Part shown: piece by piece, positions 25,201 to 28,812 of the stretch | Numbering within the stretch: the stretch's first letter is position 1 | Layout of the letters: each line of letters opens with the position of its first letter | NCBI GenBank assembly: GCA_964626635.1 | Contig: CAZVFY010000001.1 | Location: forward strand, 112,498 to 176,497 | DNA length: 64,000 nucleotides | Direction of reading: 5' to 3' | Origin: an uncultured Candidatus Saccharibacteria bacterium | Lineage (GTDB): Bacteria; Patescibacteriota; Minisyncoccia; Phycocordibacterales; UBA918 | The notes under the pieces: model-generated | Databases searched by the model: none | Told to the model about the DNA's origin: nothing | What the model saw: the letters and a program-made list of their open reading frames with translations, nothing else | Made by a program: the position numbers and the translations under genes

Positions 25201-26610
25201 CAGGTAGTACCCACCGTTGACACTGTTGGATACCTCATCATCAATGATGACCGAGCCGCCAGTACTCCATGATGCACCCTGATCGAGGGAGTAGTTGACC
25301 GTCAAGGACGGCACCTCGTCTTGGGCATTGTTGCGCAATGCTGCGAGTGATAATCGTAGTTGCGCACCAGACAGAGTTGACCCCTCATCGAGCGGGTAGC
25401 CAAAGTTTGACAGGCGCATGGTATACTGACCACAGTCATCGCAGGTTAAAGTCGTCTCGTCATTTACGTCTGCACTAAAGTCAGTGATTGATCCGGCTGC
25501 CTCGCTTTCAGTGTCCGTATTGTCGACATTGCCAGATCTGGCTGCAGACGTGGTGGCAGTAGTGCCCGCATCATCAGCAGTGGTAGTGCCTGCAGCCGTA
25601 GCTGGTTGCGCCGGTACATTCGGTAGCGAAGTGCTGGTAGTAGCACTAGCAATGGCATTAGGATTGCCAGCCTCAACCGCATCTGGAGCCACTGGCTCTG
25701 TGACGGCGCCCGTCACTGTACTGGTGGCATCTGTTGCCGCTGCAATGTCCACAAGTTCTGGTGAGTCTAAGGCTGCAGTGTCAGCACTCTGCGTCGCCTG
25801 AGGTGCGTCAGCCACATCTATTTCAACAGCATCCGGGACAATCATAGCTTCAGCGTCGGTGCTCACCGCTGTCGTTGTCGCATCAAGCAGCAATCGACCG
25901 AGTGATGGTAAGAACACTGAAATGGTGCTAGTGCCAGCGTCAGGAGCAGTGTCTGTCGTAGCGTTTATCTCGATTGAATCGGTTGAATTATCAATACTCT
26001 CCTCTTCAATAGGAGTGGCAGGCGTGAGCGCGTCATTTGAGCCCGTTTGAGCGTTGTCAGACGGAACAGCATCGGCAACGGTGTCCGAATTGGTAGGCTC
26101 AGTATCCGCTGCTGCTGCTGATGCGTCGTTCGTCTCAACAGCAGACGCGACGTCAGACGTACTCGTGCTCGTACTAACAGCACTTTCAGTTTGACCGGAC
26201 GCAGTGGTAGTTCCGTTTTCTGGCAGGTCTACGAGCTCTGATGATCCCTGATTTGTTATTGACTCAGTACCCTCACCAGACTCTTGTGGCGGCTGGCCAG
26301 CTTGATCGAGAACATCGTTTGGGCCTGCATTGCCATCTACAGCTGGTTCATAATCTGGATCTAGCGTGGCTGAGTTGATGGTATTGAAATCTTGCAATAA
26401 TCCATACTCGTCAACGTTTTGGAACGTAACCGTTTTTGCATTTAGAAAACCTTCTGAGACAACCGCGGCAGGAAACACGTGTACGGTTTTTACAGTGTAT
26501 GCGCTCTGCATCAAATTTGCATACGACGAAAACGCTCCTCCCAATATGAGAGCAGCCAGCAACGCGTAGACAACATACTTTCTGGTACGTTTTGCGTTGT
26601 TCCGAATCAT
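4288..26610 (-). CDS. giant modular cell-surface protein (7,440 aa): signal anchor, acidic low-complexity stalk, DUF2341-like/LamG-like modules, FN3 domains, beta-helix-like modules
   Basis: Single uninterrupted 22,323-nt ORF. The ATG is confirmed at 26608-26610, preceded by SD AGGTGAGGT. The N-terminal hydrophobic helix is YVVYALLAALILGGAFSSYA. G(Q/L)LDE(L/V)R(I/F) LamG-like motifs recur. FWNNVRSDGGDIRV-type DUF2341-like motifs occur six times. YWWR(V/T)RA FN3 motifs occur twice. Every opposite-strand ORF inside it is short and composition-driven. Confidence 0.85.
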   Translation of the reverse strand: MIRNNAKRTRKYVVYALLAALILGGAFSSYANLMQSAYTVKTVHVFPAAVVSEGFLNAKTVTFQNVDEYGLLQDFNTINSATLDPDYEPAVDGNAGPNDVLDQAGQPPQESGEGTESITNQGSSELVDLPENGTTTASGQTESAVSTSTSTSDVASAVETNDASAAAADTEPTNSDTVADAVPSDNAQTGSNDALTPATPIEEESIDNSTDSIEINATTDTAPDAGTSTISVFLPSLGRLLLDATTTAVSTDAEAMIVPDAVEIDVADAPQATQSADTAALDSPELVDIAAATDATSTVTGAVTEPVAPDAVEAGNPNAIASATTSTSLPNVPAQPATAAGTTTADDAGTTATTSAARSGNVDNTDTESEAAGSITDFSADVNDETTLTCDDCGQYTMRLSNFGYPLDEGSTLSGAQLRLSLAALRNNAQDEVPSLTVNYSLDQGASWSTGGSVIIDDEVSNSVNGGYYLYALPDITDPAMLRDVVVELRFDHDDATVRELFVESAWLELFVLTPPENTEPTPFDQLIENTGFIDSNLSGDTLTLPDGEQVQFTFTDNNDDETLIIKSDQKTYEGLSQVTTYFSVTNTSDNADEFSVQTYFPNNVGEVTNLEVFSLNKPRQAVIPEYRPYVYHCEAGWAVDEPVDSLNSLTTERATSSQLSPTTTTELALSMTTAAANTAVGTITTTVNETDTETTYSCPGTNLARTCEVIEGEGTACIVTQKVQDHTVTQYARGWDPVTTNAGMGTEQGVLARTAAFFGLRPARKDVPDNFEGRVYTPDQFSIAPGETRYFKMDISFPPFSTGEYWVEAIGNREYGLLDPFWSSDWQYRMPLQVDNPTGTDQTEFQVRLTLDSAINDFWTNVDADGDDLRFVQETMAGNFSNEATAINNWLDFDFTHRIPLEIPAGAADADLANFPISVSLADFGSDFWNNVRSDGGDIRVYTSAGTELAIDLASIDTVAETGELHFLAPIIPTSAATTFYVYFGNSTLMPYAATDPLGAQAVWIEYDAVYHFNDTDVSQGAFLADATGNGNDLVIQNADMATSSGFFGTALDLRGANARAASTTWLFNGGDSLTTSGSYFMSSFDNGAIWQWGNGDQPNDIEFRPWYNAANGLHYFGTDNNTAQSRVIPRDTSIWRGFGTIGTSTLGGTNYWYENGFLQDTAVQVTANPSNTNSNGFNVGREGGGRYWDGQLDELRIRIAPRSVAFVRAESANLSSASDFYVTSGVQTPDNAATRNWYSTSWESRQRFTASDSRVSGTQTDFPVYLDLSILGNDFFNGVANDGSDIRITTGDGVTELPIELVNINTTDNTGELYFKADLGRGDNNEFYIYYDNEDAIAYERNATFGSENVWTNNFRAVYHFEEFAAGINNPDVYLDSTSNRYHADDNNTDTDTSGLFGRGAVFGAGVNDAIEPPNDIIDGIGNHTVSWWHNTTQSIDLSILSGANFDNNNEFSMFFSDPNVFRAYYNTGNELFNLDDTVGTFNTGEWQHYVVTGNTATDEVNLYVDGQGDNENPDTQSMTDTFDIPNGGLVIGQEQDAVNGAYDDQQRLIGQLDELRIAEVVRSAGWAETEYENMADNARFFSTSTAETLAITEFTELDFWIESWDSTADEAVVWVQVANIEAAGSLIYAYYGNSGAESASNELDTFSYDALTESYYVVDNNGAGTVSVVSLVDNNQVQLDGGTAVSLNRGEQATFTTYDGTSALSTFGPVSAAVITDSGDSSDVLVPISFATTSYVLPTARNENRTYVYAPFGTATVDFFLGDSATADDTIVLSSGAVAVSNTNPQGTDSAVQDGEGMRIESNVPILATHRSTNPGDGLTLLEPTTDDLYGVDSDNIVGIGLADAANPTYYCSDGNTGTYSGLTEGDIEVNGETCTNGSEGAGSAVRITGASSGVSFAQQADSDGNEATMFWPTSEFSTQYALTGATAYIAVVCAPEYGAVSLEVTTALGVTIETGTCSPGANTPGKAYFTNGTGSGDGANFAAGTLVRATNDRPFYMIMEDVSIDQDEKNVLGPRQARKFGAGAANFRALAQQEANGPEYTQLSFGWYQNTAALNLTTTWAINSTEFVSEGDSITGAGAVNTGDVLRLRMNVAGGNATSTAGTEAFALQYAPATVGQCGLATDWKLVGGVGSTTAAFAGFNNPSVSDGNTLPGTLLASSTDAGTYEERNLSNFNPVEFSPSTVMEWDWVLLTNNIDVNQTYCFRMIRANGETFDSYDSYPELETVGPPNVPLLQSFFDNEHTTQITPSLSFVANDIAGDDIHYELEIDDNRTFSSVVLSANSLTSPLSFTNLSATADKAPFSSGATVRFDSSSILASSTTYWWRVRASDPNGSGAFSDWSAPFSFTTDTTLTTSEWLQTTGGQFATNALTGVATTTGGADLVSSPGVITSTAIDFDDATIGNAWGELAWDATVTTGSFSVQIEYNNNGTWQLVPDASLTGNATGFTTSPVNLIDLDTREYNEIRLVANLSGSSVTLNNWQVRWGQRVEVPIQGDPFDNQKTADTLPTFDFVSTDPQGDDLEYEISFSTDFDFAGATTTYNSGVSTQFVNESNGSDLSPFISSERVTFDTPSGTPFANGVTYWWRTRAKDPAGGNAWSPWSEPDSFTIDTATTESTWFQTTQDQFSQGFFNGTVATTSGAVSLTNEIGEYGTVTLINNAWETITTSRTYDNMVVVASPEYNVTGQGDGRTPRIRNKTATGFEIKVDDHDGFSGTTVVDYLVLEAGEWELDDGAGGITLLAGTESLASTDLIRQPYDNGTGLTVPISTSFGTNPLAFATIVTVNDSTWVSAHLDAGNRSNEWTGGSIRLSLAKSMSDLPHSSGEDVDFVLMDQGSGTNNGTRFDTGRAFNDVEDSFSNGGHNFNLSGFTTMPGFTLLQQNSEGGGDGSFALKDLSGTQSNTNLFASVIEVGSRADAHGGDETVSLLAFESDTGILRRQDSGGLSGTFAGEDIIFSDGAGPKFANFAWNASTPASSVVRIQLQYRVSEGVYALVPDSQIPGNATGFTTSPIDLSGVDINTYDTIRALATLECVGSSCPTLDDWQLEWSEGVNMSGSLQEYDRTTNVTTGTVRAAVNGVPVSGVGVVSNGTWTLPNVTAFNGQIVTVWVDGADEQDEAVTSFVYDGLGDITGVALYEQHVSFVADEQGTITNQLLGLYDNTDDEDILFAVDGLNNLAVCGSGTCTDANLYVGPGQRYVPATSTAVSVSTHDFINDGTIELDNNSFTLSGSYDNNATSSTDTSTITFTAASTAETITSTEIPLDFHTLNISTGATATITVDVALDLSGDLSVNSGVFDRGESDIAVAGSVLTGATGNWQGTGTTTFNGTGSHTWTDNSPSTQNIGNVTIDGANLTVTAVTDVAAYDVVIGNNDTLVGGTGNTISVGGDWINNGSFNAGTSIVEIVEDDRVYPPIIPGSSDWYSDEDFGRRVPVVIDADEIDSTLTNFPIYLDLSTLGAAFWTDVASDGRDIRITSGDGQTELPHDLVEFDGADDTGELHFLADSVSATTDTSFYVYFANAAATAYAPTAQFGSQAVWAQYEAVYHFNDDVSATGNVVADATSNARDLVVTDNALATTSGQLGVGLNLESLNGYLNNPDFDWTAGDALVTSGWYLMDNADGGAYYQFGTGGNPNTINLRPWSGGGTGGGDGDFDFGDADGFNINPRNTTSWNQFFFVGTTVSGSSNRYYQNAILRDVANQTVNSPSNNDGFEVGRLGGGTTYFDALIDELRIATTTRNTAWIEAEYTNQNTPSIFYSAGVAESFQPDVVVDEATHNIAGGGSAFYTLRLNDASTTPVFTEPSLVVADDFIVATGTVALPTGTLTVGGSFTNNASFMHNNGTVLFNGAGTETITLGGTPFTNILNDVTFAGSGAWSVTDANATTSGQFAIQNGAVTMPTGTLAIGDTMNVTGGSFAHNDGSVRFYSDESINIITGGSAFNDVTFGAGGSFDWFDAAWTRRQQLTISASNLNATLTSFPVYVDLSDLGADFWSNVASDGADVRVTNSDNVQMPVELVSIDTDAETGELHFRADTLLATTDTVFYLYHNNGAASAPAPSSMYGRNNVWSNGYEAVFHLEETGDGTAGEFIDSTGNGYDGQGGAGAAVDVPTRTNGLLGSAQDFENSDNGDFIDLNTAMITGLEGANTKSVSAWSNVESWSDAGGLWNLGGSQTLQDYTVRVNDTNQWRAQHWDGDNTFAARPFGEWQHVALDYDGSDVRTYVNTINEDTIGRSLNTQDVSGYGVLIGRWRTGNYFDGLLDEVRFSSVSRSADWYAAEYANQNSPSTFYTADSQSLSADSQVFRLNEVNTNALGDVTINGVQLVAPTNNFNIGGSALNTGGSYNANNATTTFNSTDTGEVVAFGAAPFYNLVFDGVGGGWTVATNTVENRAVLQTGASFTQQPNTTLTVAGVFENRFAAAATTWTDSTLVLTGGDYVVTDRLDSGDDYANVSVSEDSDVVIWNSTIATSTIADSSSIYMPDYGGTDGLLRIYGQYDRTSGTEHWSYATDFDGTDLTGGSERAAQVRVANGGVVRIASTSALSALGSATASSTVDALAGNYSTVLSGSTIDARYLEVTNTDVAGVQLRDGATLGTFTDIEFAIATGTALTIDAATIEADPSRELNHIAFSTVTGAPHNVTLDDIPAAFWIFKTGTGNRYGESFDNDDGDPGAIQWSDSSFNIAVSGTIFQADTVTPMSAPVCNGVTEVVTVVVDGITTYRAPCSPLDGSYTVTGISYTGEPKLATYLESTAPNNSFVQAEIMSEVTGIGVSQPDFTVTRPEAIDGSVLVAIISKDDDPAITPPAGWTQIAGAGTGADDDIYTGVWYRVVSDASAEPANYTFTTVDNNERYQYWIGALVNVDTTNPLDVSSGVTQLVDDQTPAVPSVTTTAAGGLVLSSWFVDNDAAVDYPTSPDFVTHTEYVPNADNNNFNVVSQRLAVAGATDPLEAVGVNGGRDPHVITFAMRAATGATASGTATAAAITKTPIGATGDTFETITLTGEASGAENVVAGGTLALTRPATQDGDVLIAIIGKEDDPEITPPAGWTAISTLADTTQNDIFTGAWYRIVTNAASEPAAYDFISNGVNTQEHSYWIGSYDNVDTDVVVDAPAAWVKRVDDSTPAAPSVTTVSGGAEIIAAWFVLPELSVDVPSLPWQIRVRNLQVGTTQRNLTVLNRQQAVVGSTGDVMISSIGGGDETHTIQIALRPERISVANAIRNMNLYQDHVVVRHEDSDPLTISDMNLFDNTDDSDVPFVIGTSPDSLTVLAGNGLAVFDGKTFTPGGPVTLSGAGSTIADGSFRIGQSATYLSTTTDGLAVGGSFYVDAGGVYSGASSTVTFGASNPVSISAVGSSTIAIHDVIFAGSGMYALQTPLIVDTDVAVNSGTLTGVSDLTVENGDLSGAGVVDMIDGTVTLGSDNTFGSATPWSFYNLTFGSGAVAGVTTPATGSVVTTINNQLRIASGHFLDAGSTSWNLTGSGTVFDEQGTFLEDTATIRYSGVTPNVTQTAYYDLQIDAGVGSTTLATAPATGLQVLGDLQIGQTGSSTLRLDTNNPTLGVNQDLVIGTNGTLVASAVTPINVFGGWTNDGQFIANGGLVELLNATGTVAINAGDSAFYDLDIAGAGDFVFSESATSTNDTRLLSGSVTVNSAEQLAVGGEFRNQLDNALTTWTGSTLHLFGGGAYVVNDKLDADDYATVRVSSSTQPRFWNSDYAAITTEPGSSLYSMDHDQVIGDLHIYGDLRSDSFNDHWSYARDWDGASLATERIANVLVENGGSVLYTGGALTAAGTSTASTTIGVLGGTGTFDLTLGGTTTVDLHHYVVRDVTSDGLVLAGTPTIIELSHGDFVSPTIGASGITVGASVINANQARNFTGNGFSNASGGAAVNVKATGTPVSSWRFVNAFGNLVGEAFDADPDAGGDPGSIVWEDSAAIIDVTGRVYEADRTTVSNVCNGSTPNIRLSIQGLTFASTTCNATTGEYTFPGIGFGPSDTLTVYINDAGTEAATVTKDPISLIGNLDLYESHVIVRHESSDPMTIEAMSVYDSSNDSDIPFTATTGAVDTLTLAADTGLIIWNDKIFAPGGDVILPGGSIATHSGSLELFAGATFDGGTHAYSIGGSLLSDSAATFDAETSTTTFTSSATGRTIDTNDSGFHSLVLDGLGSWTIIDSEGDINQDLIINRGTLTLPAATTTVSGSFVNTGGSFNANAGALVLDSIEANQHIQFGGSAANRVEFTGSGSWAFLDTNSTTTDDIIISSGLVTLPSGTLEVAGNFIASSTIAHNGGTLLLTDTAGGNELTLGGDDAGTVQISAAGGDYTLTDSDATLLGSLTLTNGVFTSGSGTLAVGQSFDVSGGTFNNNGGTILLNGATSGLFIDTGNDNDFNNLVVAGSGAWTLVGSATTTNNFSLQTAGGFTVAPDSSVYVGGVFSNTVGGAATTWTDTTLVLDGANRYEVGVKTTATETYGTLQIGANSNISFWNSSAATTSVPLSSSLYSQDHAGSDGALNIYGSYTIATTTEHWSAATDFDGANISDRPVTVRIASSSSVILDGGVLNILGVTGATTTITNQGTGQYALIAQAGTLNAEFYDITNIDSDGLQLLLGVGVTSLSNGSFTQTSDGASLITLTPITINSNPNLVVTDTAFNAGGFSGGVNVNLSATTTNSWNFTGAIGDLWGEAFDIDGTDLCSSVRWDDSECLLIEQSNYRWRNDDGGEGAPTGTWYDDDWGQRQRIRVVNNNPTAVATTAVKLPVIYDADMQTDFDDVRVTLADGVSITPHWIERFQSGVDATVWFQAPALNDDVTEFYLYYGNLAANSSSDADQVFDTVEDFESSGLTPYDGDISLFNIGNSFAFGGALGLDTDGNEQQRATDGIARDGVTVSAGQTIRYMQYIDTSAGANDEVCTLFAVQSQMQDNNNYGLCVQQPGVDRISLVRDVVDTEASGTILESSSAIFTTGWYEFVIDWRVDGAMQVAMYDINGTLIADLSAIDTTYSSGGIGFTYWFQHGGWDSYVAYPRIGALPTVYLGDEQLDGGATWAGDQNTPTGGFSFGSVARLRVGIENTGLPIENQNFEIEFAPKLTAATCEAVPATNYAPVPTVASCGTSAICMANSTEVSNGDATSDHLVTDAGDFSAGEIVSNTGNRSNNLNLGQNRYTELEYALTLTTSAANDAYCFRVTDSGDELDAYNNLPELTLAFDPVISEVSLNDGLDIQLTAGTTTLITASTTVTDFNGVADLASATTTFYKTTANSNCTPNDNDCYIATSTCSFTACTGNSCSLQCTIPMVYHADPTDFDAGEEWFAFIEVSDQSGAADLRSSMGVELLTLRALDVQNAIAYGTVDVAQDTGTNNPNVDLINVGNENIDVQVAGTDMSDGIASVIPAGQQRFATSSFNYAACLGCATLSVLGTNVEVDLPKPVATDPPTTDQIFWGIEVPFGTASNPHTGVNTFTAVPD
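10990..12340 (-). repeat. tandem pair of ~200-aa homologous domains inside the giant ORF (approximate coordinates)
   Basis: Protein segments DGSVLVAIISKDDDPAITPPAGWTQI...VWYRVV...EPANYTF and DGDVLIAIIGKEDDPEITPPAGWTAI...AWYRIV...EPAAYDF. The PPAGWT codons were located at ~12215 and ~11505, about 710 nt apart. Confidence 0.6.
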
Positions 26611-26651
26611 CTATACTTACCTCACCTGTAGAGCTAGGATCGGTTTATGCA

Positions 26652-26688
26652 GTATACCGCGCAATCCCCTCAGGATTCCGCGGTATAC
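26652..26688. promoter_or_regulatory. long palindrome in the giant-gene upstream region; candidate operator overlapping a putative -10 (TATACT)
   Basis: GTATACCGCG c AATCC cctca GGATT c CGCGGTATAC: perfect 10-bp outer arms (26652-61 / 26679-88) plus a 5-bp inner stem. It lies 42-78 nt upstream of the ATG at 26610. The minus-strand TATACT (plus 26651-26656) overlaps the left arm. No U-tract follows in either orientation. Confidence 0.4.
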
Positions 26689-26725
26689 GCTCAATATGTT
26701 GATAAACAAACGTTATTTTGATGGT

Positions 26726-28258
26726 TTACTTTAGTATTGCCTTCACATCAGTAATCTCTTTTTCAATCAGTGTTTCAGATACTTCAAGTGCCTGAGTCAA
26801 ACCTTCTACAGCTTCTTTCTCGTTCTGTGATAATCGCTTGCGTTTAGTAATGTGGTTGATCTGATCATAAATTTCGTCGCGCAGCGCTGAGAATATTTTT
26901 TCCATCTGATCCTGTATCTCGCGTGTTTCGCGGCGCAGCTTGTCCTCTTTAATTTTAAGCGTTTTCTTCTCGTACCAGACATAGACACTCATAAGTCCTA
27001 GTGCAACAATAAGGAAGCAGATCAATAAATTTACAAATGTGAGATAGTCCAGCAAACTTCGTGACTCTTCGGCCTCGAATGGCTTGACCCAGCCAGCAGT
27101 AACCAAGGCAGCGGATGCAGCCTCGCGAGTGTTGCCAGCGAGATCGTGGGCTACTACGGTGACTGAATATGTTCCATCTTCAAGGTCACGTAGTAAATAG
27201 CCTAACTGAGCCTGCTCCGGAGTGATGGTCTCAGGTTCGTTCGTGCCAACGGTAACATCGTAGCGATCAATACCCGAAGTAGTATCTTCGGCCGAAAACA
27301 GTAGCGTTGGGAACGCGCTGCGGTCATTACCTGGCCTTACCTCAATTGAAAATGGTTCGGGTGGAGTAGTATCAATTCTAAGTAAACGATTAGTAACAGC
27401 TCCCCATCCAACTTGATTTTGGAAGCTGATACTGACGTACTGCTCACCCTCTAATGCATTATCTGCATTAACAGTAAAATCTTCGATGGGTGGGTCGATG
27501 ATCGCACCTTCGTTCTCATGAGGCACGTTGTTAGGATCATCGCTGATCTCTACCGCAATCGCAGTCACATCAAATGGTAATGACCAGCGAAACTGTCCTA
27601 CTACACTGCTGTACCACTCTGCAGCCTCAAGAAAGACCGGTGAACCAATTTCTGGCGCCCTGGGTGGATCACCAAAAATAATTGCGTCTCCGCTCGTCGG
27701 GTCACTTGTTTCAGTTGGGGCTGATTCTTCATTTAGCGCGCTCGGTGTCGGGGCCGTAGCCTGAGCGAGGGTGTACTGACCACCGCTGCCTCCAGCGTAT
27801 ACATCCGTCCCTAGCCCATCAGCAGCTAAGACAGAAGCTTCAGCAAACGACACCCCGGCATCGCCCTCTCCAATCACTCGAAAAGTTACATTGACTACCG
27901 TAGAGCTAGTCGTGAACGGTTGTGGGCTACCACCGCCAAAGGTGATAGTCCCAGCGGTATTAGAAAATGTCGGCTCAGTCGTCCACAGTGAAAATACCGA
28001 ACCATTTTTATCTACGCTTACCACCGATAACTGGGACGGATCGAACCCTAACGTTGCTTCAACTGCGTTCACACTGTCGCCACCAGGTACTGCTCGCACG
28101 GTGGTGGTGAAAGTTTGGCCACTATTATAAGTACCGGTACTGGGCGAAAGATTGAGGGTAGCTGCACTCGCAGACCACCCAAGACCCAGCAGTACTATAA
28201 TAAATACAAACCTGCTCACTATCCGTAAAATATCATTTTGTAAAATTAGCTTATGCAT
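26726..28258 (-). CDS. membrane-anchored surface protein with N-terminal cohesin-like domain, FN3-like region, one TM helix and cytoplasmic coiled-coil tail
   Basis: Signal peptide, then ATLNLSPSTG...VNAVEATLGFDPSQLSVVSVD...GTITFGGG...VVNVTFRV, which matches the cohesin beta-sandwich pattern. TM LICFLIVALGLMSVYVWY precedes a K/E-rich helical C-terminus. Confidence 0.55.
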   Translation of the reverse strand: MHKLILQNDILRIVSRFVFIIVLLGLGWSASAATLNLSPSTGTYNSGQTFTTTVRAVPGGDSVNAVEATLGFDPSQLSVVSVDKNGSVFSLWTTEPTFSNTAGTITFGGGSPQPFTTSSTVVNVTFRVIGEGDAGVSFAEASVLAADGLGTDVYAGGSGGQYTLAQATAPTPSALNEESAPTETSDPTSGDAIIFGDPPRAPEIGSPVFLEAAEWYSSVVGQFRWSLPFDVTAIAVEISDDPNNVPHENEGAIIDPPIEDFTVNADNALEGEQYVSISFQNQVGWGAVTNRLLRIDTTPPEPFSIEVRPGNDRSAFPTLLFSAEDTTSGIDRYDVTVGTNEPETITPEQAQLGYLLRDLEDGTYSVTVVAHDLAGNTREAASAALVTAGWVKPFEAEESRSLLDYLTFVNLLICFLIVALGLMSVYVWYEKKTLKIKEDKLRRETREIQDQMEKIFSALRDEIYDQINHITKRKRLSQNEKEAVEGLTQALEVSETLIEKEITDVKAILK

Positions 28259-28755
28259 GAATATACTTGATTACTTTTGTTTGAACGCATTCGGGAAGCT
28301 GTCTTTGGTTTGCTACTACCGACCTTGAGGGTGACCTTTGATTTCTCACTCGCTTTAAGGAGAGGCAGTGTGAGCACTAACACACCGTACTTAATCTTGG
28401 CATCCGCTTCATCGATGTTGACTGACTCAGGTAAAATGATACGGCGATAAAATTCGCCCCACTCGCACTCTTCAGCCACAAACGCACCAGAAACTTTTTT
28501 ACGCGGGAAAGCTATGTGTTCTGGGCGGGTGCGACGACCCTCAATTAGCACGATGTCGGCGTCACCCTCAATGGATACATGCACGTCTTCCATATCAGCA
28601 CCAGCACACTGTGCGTACACGACGATCATCCGTTCTGTTTGGTAGACATCAACGTGTAGTTGAGCAATCTTGTCCGCAGCGGTTTCTTCTGAGTCGGATA
28701 GAAGACCATCATTTTCACGCACCCCCTTACCTTTTAATCGCTGCAGAAAGGACAT
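28246..28755 (-). CDS. Hsp20/alpha-crystallin family small heat shock protein
   Basis: Alpha-crystallin domain pattern DVYQTERMIVVYAQCAGADMEDVHVSIEGD...GAFVAEECEWGEFYRRIILPESVNIDEADAKIKYGVLVLTLP, ending with the typical GVL.LTLP motif. Confidence 0.8.
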   Translation of the reverse strand: MSFLQRLKGKGVRENDGLLSDSEETAADKIAQLHVDVYQTERMIVVYAQCAGADMEDVHVSIEGDADIVLIEGRRTRPEHIAFPRKKVSGAFVAEECEWGEFYRRIILPESVNIDEADAKIKYGVLVLTLPLLKASEKSKVTLKVGSSKPKTASRMRSNKSNQVYSCIS

Positions 28756-28812
28756 ATATCAATAGTATACAAAGTTTAGTTCTGTCAATGCGTGGTTTAC
28801 CCACACAAGCGA

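Noticed and set aside
4680-26183. Dozens of 60-180-aa ORFs on both strands within 4288-26610
   Set aside because: All lie inside the single long giant ORF or antisense to it. Their translations are low-complexity mirrors (Ala/Val/Ser/Thr/Pro-rich) with no domain features.
4288-26610. Type I secretion (RTX-adhesin-like) export of the giant protein via the adjacent ABC transporter
   Set aside because: The protein has an N-terminal signal anchor and no C-terminal Gly-rich RTX nonapeptides or secretion signal. The adjacent ABC system is MacB/FtsX-type and not HlyB-type, and no membrane-fusion or TolC-like gene is present.
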